64,000 nucleotides of DNA, taken from contig CM119372.1 in NCBI GenBank assembly GCA_051294905.1, positions 8,122,001-8,186,000 on the forward strand, given 5' to 3'. Below, in pieces: positions 26,460 to 38,000 of the stretch (position 1 is the stretch's first letter; each line of letters opens with the position of its first letter). Source of the DNA: Botryllus schlosseri (lineage: Eukaryota). Position numbers and translations under genes: made by a program. The notes below the pieces were generated by a model. The model worked only from the letters and a program-made list of their open reading frames with translations. It was not told the origin of the DNA and did no database searches.

Positions 26460-26905
26460 CCCACACCAGACTGGAATCAGTGGTTTGCTTTTGACAATAA
26501 GTTGGCATGTGAAAAAAGGGTTTCTTCCATGTAATTGACCAGAGTGGAACCGGTGGCAACGGCACGCGCAACGTCACGCAAGCATCTATATCTGATCACG
26601 CCGATTTATGAATTATGCTGACGTCACAAAGCGATACCAGAGTTCAGATCCAGAATAAGGCGCTTGCGCTTTACAATGAACGCAAGCAAGTGTGGTATTT
26701 GCGCAACAGCGAATATTCGGCGTAACCCTAGTCCGGCGTGTACCAGGTCTATTTTGGCACATTGTGTCGTTTAATAAGTAATTCGGTATCGAATCAGAGC
26801 GAAAAATATTTCCGTCACGCGGATCAAATTTTCCAATCACGCGAGAAATCTGTCTGTCACGCACAACATGTTGTCGAAAACAACCACCGATTCCAGTCTG
26901 GGTAA
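26460..26905. mobile_element. Small TIR element (CCAGACTGGAATC.GTGGTT termini)
   Basis: About 35-bp imperfect inverted repeats at ~26465-26505 and ~26865-26905; related motifs at ~26200 and ~26300. Confidence 0.5.
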
Positions 26906-28425
26906 TTGATTAAATGAAAAGTTGCGCCGCTCATGACATGACACCAAGTCCACTCTGACACAGTACTGACATTCCATATTAGTATATTAGTATAACAGCC
27001 ATGATGTTCGATTTCAAGTATAGACTGGGATTTTTGCTTATTTTGAATGTGACTGACGGTTTAATATGTGAATAATAGCAACTGATCTTATCAAACATGT
27101 TCGCACCAAATCTCTTCGAAAATACCAGGTATGTAAGACAGTATTACATTTTTCTAGGAGAGCGTGTCTCAGTCATGTTGATTAGTTTCATCAAATGCGT
27201 TCTTTTAACCGAAATGCAACCCACATATTTGATAGAGATTGTCACCCTCTGTAGTAATCACCAACCCTATTGAAGATTTGGAATGCAGCAGACACAAGGT
27301 ATCACATTAGCAATGAGACACTAGTTATCAAATCGAGTTGTGGGATCAAATGGGTCAATAGTTGCCTTCATATCCACCATGCATACGAGTTGCCTTGCTT
27401 ATAAGAATACTATTGATAGTTTCTTCAATTTGACATATCGTCACACATTACACTTTGTTTGGCTTATTCAAGTGGCCCACTGAAGAAAAATGTCACCCGC
27501 CCCTGAGCCCAGGATCATTCAGTATTGTATAATTGTAGCTTGTTATTGGCAAACAAGTTACGCATAATGTTGCCACCAAATCGAGTTTGCTTCGAGGGTA
27601 AATTGACCAGGAGCATGTACCGATTCGGGGTTTCTAATGTGTAAATCATGACCACTGGTTGTCAAAACATCTTTGTGACCCAGCTCAGATCAGAGCCACC
27701 ACATATACATTTTCGCGATTGCAGTCTTTCACAGCCCAAGACTACACCGAATCACATGATGATATGAGACTAGTCAGTTTCAATACTCAGAAGCGCAATG
27801 TCTCCTGTGTAGTCGCACGTCACCATCGAACCTGGCGTATATCAAGTATACTTGAAATATCAATGTATAGCTACCTCAAAATCAACACATGGGCCATAAT
27901 TACTGATCTACATGAAGTTATATCCACCAAACCATACACTACAAAACAAAATGTACCTCTAAGGCTCTTTCTTTCAGTTGGATGATGAGAGAATCACGTC
28001 TTCAGACTTTTCTTCTTGCAATAAAATGGGATCTTCAAATTAGATAATCTACTATAGTCTTTCCTAAAGTTCGACGACTCGAAAGAACTAAACCTCTTGG
28101 AACCTGACAGAAAAGATCGCACACCATGAAAGAATGTAATGATACCATACGGAAAAATAACAAATGTCATTCAAAATCAACACTGACATCAAATGAGGAC
28201 TGGATGGAGATTGTTTCTTGCGTTTGGTTTTTTTCATTTAGCTTCAAAGGCAATTAAATGGGTCAGCAGTACATTGCACATGTGTATATGCAGAAGCAGG
28301 TAAGTCGCGATAAAATTAACATCAATTCAGTGTCCAACAATGGTTTTCAAATCTCCAGTTAAGTGTTAAGCAATTTCAAGTTTCTTCTAGAATCATTCGT
28401 CAGTTTTCAGTTATCAACACGCCGA

Positions 28426-28632
28426 TCATTGTATCGTAGTACAGCTTTTAGCCTGCATACCCTTTCTTCCCATCTCGGTGACTATCTGCACACGTGTTCC
28501 AGGGCTCAAGCTCTCGGCATCGGTGCAAGCGGATACGTGAACAAAAACATCCTGTCCACCGTCTGAAGGAGTGACGAATCCGTATCCTTTTTCGTGGTTG
28601 AAAAACTTGATTTCTCCTTCCATCGAACCCAT
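28426..28632 (-). CDS. Stand-alone cold-shock protein (bacterial CspA-like), 68 aa, intronless
   Basis: [35 protein letters not shown]...[14 protein letters not shown]: RNP1 (KGYGFV) and RNP2 (VFVH), no additional domain. ATG in an A-rich context after a pyrimidine-rich AG acceptor. Confidence 0.92.
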   Translation of the reverse strand: MGSMEGEIKFFNHEKGYGFVTPSDGGQDVFVHVSACTDAESLSPGTRVQIVTEMGRKGMQAKSCTTIQ

Positions 28633-28749
28633 TTTGAATTTGAAGACTGCTAACCGGGAACAAAAGTGCACGCGAATGACTACTACCAAGGCAACGGCAA
28701 ATTTTCAAGAGAGCGAGGTGTTGGCCGCAGGGAATGGTATGTGAATATG

Positions 28750-28779
28750 CTGATTGCTGATTGGGCGCACAAGCACGTG
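28750..28779 (-). promoter_or_regulatory. Putative promoter elements of the first Csp gene (CCAAT/Y-box-like CTGATTGG and E-box CACGTG)
   Basis: CTGATTG-CTGATTGG at 28750-28764 and CACGTG at 28774-28779, 120-150 nt upstream of the ATG. These are short motifs that could be chance. Confidence 0.3.
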
Positions 28780-28996
28780 GGTTCGGTTCTATGTGTCATA
28801 GTAGCACACTATTCGCAGTGATCAGCTCTCCTAGGTTATTCGAGTCGATAAAATATAGCTTGTCGCGTCATTTACCATCGACGCACAGTCGCTAGTTTGG
28901 TTTAACCTTTTCCACTTGTCAGTGCCTGTTTATATAACCACATTATTTAGTTACAAACACGTGTAGCGTCTTTACCTCTGAATCAAAAGCGCACAA

Positions 28997-29450
28997 GTAC
29001 AACACACGCGCGTCCACGTCGTCCAAATATCATATGATCGACCGAAAAGATCATCACTCTATCAAATATGCCGGACCTGATGTGTGGAACAGTATCCCGC
29101 CGGCCATCCGACAGTCGACGAGCATGTCCACATTCAAGTCGAAATACAAGCAATTACTACTAAATAAATACAGTCCATCCTCAGGATTACCGGACCACGA
29201 CTGACCTATCGATCTCGCTTCCCATGACATGCCGCCCTATTTCTTGTCGCTTTCTTTTTCTATACTATCTTCTTTACTTTCATTCAGTGTGCATGCCGCC
29301 TCTTTACATCGCCTAGGCCAAGGTGGGTGTCTGATTCCATAGACAACTCCTAGTCGCTTCGACATCTTCCTTTCTCTTCATTGTATCGCATTTTTTGTAG
29401 TGTATTGAACTGATAAAATTGCTAATAAACCAATGATGATGATGATGATG
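28997..29450 (+). mobile_element. L2-type LINE 3' end with (GAT)n tail
   Basis: ORF2 tail ..SIKYAGPDVWNSIPPAIRQSTSMSTFKSKYKQLLLNKY, 3' UTR, then AATAAACCAATGATGATGATGATG. Confidence 0.88.
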
Positions 29451-30744
29451 AGGTATCCTTCCACTCTACCAGTCCGATTGAATAGTATATTCATATTGAA
29501 ATGAACCCGAATATTTTCGGCTGACACTCGTCAGGGGTAATCGTCAGCAACTAGTAGAGAATTAGAAATAATATTGTATATCAACAATCGTATCACAAAA
29601 TATGACGTCACCAGCATGGAATGAAATCTCAAATAAGAGAGCGTCTCAAATGTATTGTTTTAAGATGGTACACGAACTTCTGTAGACAAAGCTACCAGTC
29701 AGGTGTAAAATTCAATCAGTTTTATTGGTGTTAATATTTGGAATAAGCTACCACCAAATCTTCTGAGCTAAGAAATGGCTTCATTATCTGATCTCTAACT
29801 ACCACTACATGTCAAAATGTTTATCAAATCCACCACAAGATTGCGATGTAATGAAAAGATTGGAGGGTGACAGGAAGACTTGGAGCAGTCTTTTAATCAG
29901 ATACCCACCTTGGCCTACAGCATGTAAATTAGGGTTGCCATATTTTCGTTTCACAAATTCCGGACGCTCTTCAGCGACCATTAGCGAATTTCAAAAGGAG
30001 GTGTTAGCACATTGTCGATCAATATGACGTCACACCAGCAACGCTTTGTTTATCGAATAGAGGTGGTCCCGATCCGGTTCAGGAGTATGTGGTTGTGTAT
30101 TGTAAGTTGTAACCAGGGCCGAAGTCGGATGTTTTCAGCCCCTCCCGCCCAAATAAACACTGATCTCGGACCTCCCGTAGGGTATTCGATGCAACTTCTG
30201 GGGGCTTACTATATGCATCATTGAATAAAGCATTCAGACGGCCTGCCCTAAACCGACTCTATGAATAGGCCATTATCTTGTAATTGCGATTACAATCAGA
30301 CTTCTTTTTGTAAATTAATGTTATTTTATATTTCTTTTTATTCGCCGTTTTTGCGAGGGTGGTAGTCCCCATATTGAAACCAATATGTATTATGCTAAAT
30401 CGCTCACAGCGCGAAGAAAAATTTCATGTAGCATAAATCTTCCCAAAGATAATCTTGTTTACGTTGATTTACGAAAAAATTATTATCTTACTTCAAGCAT
30501 TCAAAATTCCGGACATTTAGGCATATTTTAGAAATTCCTCCCGGACGCAGTTTTTACAGTGAAATTCCGGACGTATGAATGTAAATAAAAGGCATGCACT
30601 GCACAGTGGATTTAAGAACGGATAACATAAAAGGAATCGACAAATATGAATGCCGCATGCGTCGGTAGGCGCGGTTGATAAGTCAGACTATGGTCAGGTA
30701 ATCTTGAGGGCTGATTAGTATTATTTTTTTTCAATCAATAATCG

Positions 30745-31050
30745 TCAGATTATATTTTCATCTGATCAAGACACATGCACAGTTGCACACAATGTAGCCT
30801 ACAATGCGATAAGACCAATGCGTTGCAATGAACAGATAGGAGGATCCATCCCGACCTAGTGCCCGATGTCTAGTTCTCTATGTTAATCCTCCATTCCGCG
30901 ACTCATTCTTGCTCGATTTCCATTCCTTGTGAGTACGTTCTTTAATCTGGTCGTCTTCTGGGCTTTTTTTTCGCCGTAAGAACAGCGACGCGAGGGAAGA
31001 GGAGCCCAGATAACCTCCAACGCGGAATCGAACCTGGGCCGCCTGGGTAG
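30745..31050 (-). mobile_element. tRNA-derived SINE with an L2-like 3' tail; 5' end cut by the pogo-like insertion
   Basis: B-box GGTTCGATTCC on the minus strand at ~31022-31035; the 3' portion is homologous to the L2 3' UTR. Confidence 0.65.
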
Positions 31051-31052
31051 TA

Positions 31053-32427
31053 GGGGAGACCGGGGACAAATGTAACTAGGGGCAAATGTAACAATCGACC
31101 TCACCGCTAGTAGGATGGAGAAATCAGCTTGATATTTTAAGTGCGGATGCAGTAGTTATTTCTCCTATTATACCTGGAGTTACGTTGAGCTACGATCCGA
31201 AACCCCGGAATAATTTGCAAAAAACGAAATTTTTGACCCTTGAGTAAAGTTTTTCTGGTCTGGAATAATTTGTCTAGACGAATAGTACCTCAACTAGTTA
31301 CAACATAATATGTATAGCTGGAACAATGTTACTATAGTCTACCGTGGTGATAGAAGGAATAGGACTTGCATCGCCGGGAAGGTGCCATACTGAGACACTA
31401 ATCATGGTCGAGCGTGTCAGGGGCAATCGTAACACTCTGTTACTTTTGCCCCGTTACAATATGTTATCAATTCTGATGTCTTTGTTCATATGTTGGTATT
31501 ACCATTCATCTACTGCAAAATAATCTTGCAACAGCCAGAAGCTCACCAAAACAGATACTGCCTTGCGATACCAATTCTAACATGATCATCTGTCGAAACG
31601 GCCATACAATGGTGGTGATGTGAATCTGACGGCTCGGTTATTTTCGTGATTCAACCACCCTTTCTCATGTTGATTGACTTTTGGTGTGTCGAACTTCAAT
31701 ATTCATGGCTTGATTCTCGTCCTCTGACTTTGATCATGGACCACTTACATTTTGATATTTGATGTGAACAGTTTATGTTAATTTTCTACAGCACAGAAGA
31801 ATGTCATTATAGCTTTGACGCCACACAATGCTGCGTCCTCATTTTACAATACTATCATCGGCCCATTCAACCAAGATATGTTAGCCAGGTCGGTTTCGCA
31901 CCTTCGCAGGTGACCGAGTGACCAACCCCTTATGCACGCTGAACAACAGAACCTTGGCAGAAGAGGCCGAATATGTGTAGGGAGATGATGGAATGAATGT
32001 GTCTCTTGTACACTTTAAGCTTGAACAAGACACGAAGGGTGATATTACATGCAGATGTCATAAATGGGGTGGGGCGTAGCCTGGAAGCGTTCAAACGTCT
32101 CTTTCTTTAGTTTCATGCAATATTACAATTTGTGCTTCCGTTTTCGTTGTTCATTTCGTTTGAGTTTAGTTATAAATAACACTGTTACAATTGCCCCGCA
32201 AGGGTGGTACAATTGCCCCTGGGTACGGGGCGATTGTAACATTTGAGCAGCGATTTTTGCGACCCAAAATTTACATGATTGATTGTTGATTGAGTTCCAA
32301 TTTATTTTTTATATCAACTATCGAGTTGTTGGCTTCTTTATATAAAACTTTGGAAGTGAAATTTCCACGAGAAAACCACGTAATGATGGAAAATACGAAA
32401 AGTGTTACAATTGTCCCCGGTCTCCCC
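31053..32427 (+). mobile_element. Decayed Tc1/mariner (pogo-like) DNA transposon, 1375 bp
   Basis: TIR GGGGAGACCGGGGACAA.TGTAAC at both ends with TA TSDs (31051-52, 32428-29); broken DDE_1-like remnants RPLTLIMDH and IIALTPHNA...IIGPFN at ~31700-31875. Confidence 0.8.
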
Positions 32428-32844
32428 TAGTATTAACTGTGATAAATGCTCGATCATCTCCTGGGTGGCTCGGCTTAAAAGGCTTTGTCATATCGAGCCT
32501 CCCGTCGACCTTACATGTCACATTTCACTGTGTTGCATTTTTATTGTGTGTGATGTTGATTTGTAATGTGGACGAATAAAAAACGCCCTCTCTCTCTCTC
32601 TCTCTCCATAGGGAGTACTAGTAAATATATATTTCCATCAGTCATTCTATTCTCTTCCGTCCAGCTAATAAATAACAATTTTATCAGAACCGTCTTGGGC
32701 TGATTGTAAAAGCAAGTGCTATACTTACTCGTACCTCGAGCCTGGGTTCTTCTGATATTCTTTAAATCCTTAATCCAATCGAAGTTACAATATGACATCC
32801 TCTGTTGGGGGGCTGTTAGTAGGCTATAACTGCACTTGAGCCAT

Positions 32845-33475
32845 TGCAAAAACTACAACATAACGTACAGCGTATCATGGCCTGGTTGTCCATATCCAAC
32901 AAAGTCGCTGGTGAAGAGATTCGGTGTCCCAAACAGAGAAGATATGCGGAAGCTAGAAGTCGCCAAGTTTAGTTCCACTGCGGTCATTGCCCCGAATAGG
33001 TACAGCACACGCGCGTCCACGTCGTCCAAATATCATACGATCGACCGAAAAGATCAACGCTCTGTCAAATATGCCAAACCTAAAGTATGGAACAGAAGTA
33101 TCCTTCAGGCCATCCGACAGTCGACGAGCATGTCCAATGTCCACATTCAAGTAGAAATACAAGCAATTTCTGCTAAATAAATACTAATCCGCCTTCAATA
33201 TTATACCTGACCACGGCATGACCTATCGATCTCGCCTCCCGTGAAATGCCACCCCATTTTTTGTCACTTACATTTTATTATACTATCTTCTTTCACTTTT
33301 CATTCAGTGCGCATACCTCGTCTTTTCATCGCCTGGGAGGCCAAGGTGTGTGTCTGATTCCCAAGACTATATATACTCGAAGTCGTTTCGACACCTTGAG
33401 CACTATCTTTTCATTGTAGCCTATCGCATTTTTGTGGTGTATTGAACTGATGAAAATTGCAAATAAACCGAACTG
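32845..33475 (+). mobile_element. L2-type LINE 3' fragment
   Basis: RKLEVAKF...YSTRAST..SVKYAKPKVWN..IRQSTSM remnant plus the shared 3' UTR. Confidence 0.85.
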
Positions 33476-34411
33476 AGTAGACTTTTGCGTCGCTACTTCT
33501 ACCTGAATTGTCATATTGAGTACGTTGTACACCTCTGTGTAATGAAAGATAGAAGGATGTCGAAACGACCGAAGTATGCCTACTTTCAATCTACCATCCA
33601 CCTCCGCCTATAGTGCCTGGTGTAGGCTAACTGTAGATAACATAATCCAACAGTGTTCTATGTTGATCTCCCGGCTATCTTTCTTTTTGACGCTTTCCTC
33701 GCTCTTTGGTCTATCTCTGATTTTTTTTGTAGAAATGGCGTAGCGTGTTTAATACTTTGATTTTTTTTCTGAAATAAGTAGGAGTCCAATCAATCAATTA
33801 GTTTTATTAATATTTTCATCATTTCAAAACATCACAAGACTGCGATACAATGATAATATAGGGAGTATCGAAGCAACTTGGAGTAGCCTTTTTCCAACCC
33901 GACTCCCGAAAGACCAGCTACACGTAAATTCAGTTGGAACTTGATCTACAAATTACCCGCTTTCTCGTCCGCTGTTATAACTTGTAAGAAGTGTCCTTTT
34001 TTCGGAATTCAAAATATGGTAACCCTAATTAACAGGCCTAATTGGGTTGATGACCACAGTGACAGTGCTAATCCACAAGTGTAAGTCCTCTAATATTATT
34101 ACATGCCTTGATTGGTTGACACTTATTCTATCGAGCAAATGCATAAACAGCAGAAGTAAGTATGTAGAACACAAACGCAGGCACAGTATTCACTATCGGA
34201 TAACTATGATCGCTGCGACTTTCGAGGGAACTAGTAGCTCAAGTTTATTCATAAAATTATTTCAAAAATCACGAGTTGACTGCGATACAATGAAACATAG
34301 GAAGGTGCTGAAACGACTTGGAGTAGTCTTTGAGATTAGACACCCACTTCGGCCTAGGCGATGTAAATAGGAGGCATGCACAGCGCACACTAAACGAAAG
34401 TAAAACATAAT

Positions 34412-34677
34412 CAGAGGTGGTCAGTAACGAAGTACTTCTACTTTTTGAAGTACTTGAAGTAGATTTTGCCTACTCACACTACTTTTTAAGTAGTTATGAT
34501 TTTAGACTACTTCTACTTCTACTTGACAGTTTTTAGTTTTGTAGGCAAAAATAAGCGTAGAATACCTACTTACTTACTTACTTGTGAACCACCACTTCTA
34601 CTTCTACTTGAGTAGAAATTCCGGCGTTACTTCTACTTCTACTTGAGTAGCGACGGTGACTACTTTGACCACCTCTG
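34412..34677. mobile_element. hAT MITE (CAGAGGTGGTCA termini) inserted into a minus-strand L2 3' UTR (~34250-34790)
   Basis: TIR CAGAGGTGGTCA / TGACCACCTCTG with perfect 8-bp TSD AACATAAT; related copies at ~16695-16915 and ending at ~50932. Confidence 0.9.
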
Positions 34678-35077
34678 AACATAATATAATATAAAATGAT
34701 AAGCGACAAAAACAGGTGGCATGTGACGGAAGGCGAGATCGATGTCAGGTCGTGGTCCGGTGAATGTTGAGGGATGACTAGTACCGCTGCACAAAGCCCA
34801 TAAACGATTCCCGATAAAAGCAAATTGGCTAATTTTTACTACTGTTCATTGTTACAATTCCAAAGCATTGAAAGCCAGAACACTAAATGCATACAGCAAA
34901 AATTTTCAGTAGCCCAATACTACTAAGAACATCCATCAAGCCAAGCCTTTGGAAACTTTTATCAAGCATTGATAAAAACACTTGCAAGAATACAAGAAAT
35001 ATTCAATATCAGGCACAAGTAAAGCGTAAAATCGATGTAAAAGATGGGAACGATCTTCAGGTTGTTACAAGAACTTT

Positions 35078-38000
35078 TTAAAACTCATTGTGCAAGTTGT
35101 GGGTGCTCAAATTCCCATCATGCTCCAAAATTAATTCAGCGATTTCTGGGTAAAGAGTATCTGAAGCCTCCGATCCATATAAAAATTCTAGATGATCCCA
35201 TTGCTTCATCTCTTTCGTCCTAACCAAAGTTTTAAGCTTCGGTATGATCTCCAGCACATCTTCGGTGTCAGCAAACCAGTCCTCTGTGCCCCAGTATAAA
35301 GCAACGGGGACATTTACTGAAGTTAAATCGTACGTAGGTGGGACTGTTGACCCGTAAGCAGCCATATTCTCTCCGTCGCTAGGGTAGCGATACTTACGAG
35401 TGTCATTATGTGCTATCATCTAAAACGAAGTGAAATTCTTTAAACCATTGTGAGCGCAAAAGAGATATTCCATCAAGAATTCACCTGAGCGAAATGAATA
35501 ATATTTTGAACCGAGGTCCCTGCCGGTATGTGCGACAAATAGACAGGGATCTTGTCAACACAGTATCTGGACGGCGTGAAGCCAGCGATACTGAGCAGCA
35601 AATTCTCACCGAGAAATCGGAAGTCTTCGTGGGTATCCACAAACGTATGAAGTTTCGTGGACAGCCATTTACCTAAAAAAAAGAAAATTTCACGACGCAA
35701 CCAAACAAAACAAACAGTTAATTTTTCACCTGCTCTGGAATTGGGCAGAAGCTCGGCTCCTCCCATGGCCCATTGCCCAACTTCGAGGGTGTTATAAAAT
35801 TTGGCCAGGTATTTGATTGGACTCCTGAAGCTGCTCAAACTGAACACGGGACCGAGAGCAATGAACAGATGAACCTTGTTATTGAATTCCTGATCCTCTG
35901 CCAACTTTGCAAACATCATCAAGGTGCCCTATTAGAAGGCAACACCAACTACTTTTCAAAGAAATCATTGCCGTGTTGCAAGACTAGATATGTCCAGAAA
36001 AAGACGCTGAAAGCAAGTAGGAGACACCCGAGCAAGGCTATCCGACAGATGACTCAATCCAAGCCCTAACGAAGGACTCAAATAATTTTCCATATCCAAG
36101 GGAGCACTTCTAGCTAAGACACGACTCAAGAGTCGTTACTACCCTGAATTTTTGACACTGCAGAGATATTCTTTGGGTGACATCACACGACTGCAAAGGG
36201 AATTTTGGTTCAATAAATATGTTCGTGAATTAGCCTACAACTACAGGTTACGTAACCCAACAAATCGATATTATATGATACGCCAACATCAAGGAGAACC
36301 TTATTGCTGCGTCACGACTGCTAATCGTATAATACTGGGCTGATAGGCATAATTTCCAGCTGCACGCAGCAGTGATATTTGATCAGATTGGAACTCTCGG
36401 TCATCTAATTTTTTGAATTCATGTGTGAAAACAAGGATTCGTATGAATATATGGACCAGAACTTGGTTGTATGCGGGAAACACCAAACCATTGAAACCGA
36501 TAAACACAACATTTTCAAATCGAATTATATGCGGACAAAGCATCAACTGAAATCCAGCACCCACCACCCATTTCCCAAAACTTGAGATGTGATATAACAT
36601 GTTTGACCTGCTGGGCTTTTTTCGAAAAAATTCATATAATTTTAAGCTACAACTACTGAAATTTATGCTGCGGGTTGGTGGTTCGCTAGTCAAGGTATAT
36701 GCCAGGGGACCAGGGGTGACCACTGACCAACCTTTTGGCTATTCACCGCCGCATTCCAGGGCATAGCCATAATGAACTAACTGGACGCCAAATGCCCATC
36801 TTAAACTGTCATATCCATGTCCACATTGTCCAGTGAACTCCGGACTAATCTACTTTTCCACAAATGGTTTGCTATACGCACCGAAATTGCGAGTGGCGAT
36901 GTTATGAATAGTTACAGAGATCAGTTACGGTCGCCAACACATACAAATTAAATTAGGTACATGTCAACGGCCGCACAAATTTCCTTCTACGGCCGTAGAT
37001 TGGCCAACCCTGGTATATGGCATTGCAGAAATGTACAGAAAATTTGTGACTATTTAGCGTGATTGAGTGGCATCATAGAAATGCAACCTGAGAGTGTCCA
37101 ACATAGGAGATTTTGTTGTTGCTAGTCGTCTCTCTTATATGATCCACCATCGCCGGAAGATCCATCTCTGAAAACTGTTGCCAGCTGTACCTCCAAAAGC
37201 TCTCGTCCACATCAGGGTTCAGTGACTCGTGCCGCCTTGAATAAGTGTTTCCCCGCACATTGCCAAGCCAGACATCAATACCTGAAAACCTCGACTATAA
37301 TTGTTCCTGTTGAACTAATCTTGCAAGAATGTTAATTCACTTATTGTGAGTGCAATTTATTCCACACATAAATTCCAGCACATTTCAAGGGAGTTGAAGC
37401 ATTGTCTGAATTCGACTTAAATAAGTTGAAAGAGCTCTTAGATCGAGTACCGTAGTTGTGTATATGCATGCAACATTCAAAGTAGTTTACAAGTGAATTC
37501 GGAACTTGTTGTTTGTTAAACTTATACATGAACTTTGCTAAGTCAAAAATATATATGTCCTCAACTTAGAGAATGCGAAGTTCCTTATAATATGTAGATA
37601 AGTGATGATAGACGGTCAGTGCAGCAATGGCCCGAATGGCTATATTATGCAGTACTTGCGGGGTTTCAAAATAGTTTGGGTTGCAGATCCTCACATAATA
37701 ATACTGCAAATGGCAGTGAACAATGGAGAAATAAAGACTTTTAAGCAGAGGCCTAGGAACAATTCTGTTTAGTCACCACAAGACACCGGTATTGCGAGAG
37801 ATCTTTGAGTAAACATGGCATTAAACATGTGATAGCTAGCAGAGTTGACCAGTAAGTAAGCAATGGTAACTTAATGGATTGCGCTGGTCTACTTGCACTA
37901 GGCCTACTCACTCAATCATTCAGTTTTCAGACGACTTACTCTTCCAGTTTTTCAATAAGAAGTATTTTTACGGGTTATAGTGTAATAACTAATGGACAAT

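Noticed and set aside
36301-36723. 140-aa ORF in lipase intron 4
   Set aside because: GTG start inside a MITE end, no homology, AT-rich non-coding composition.
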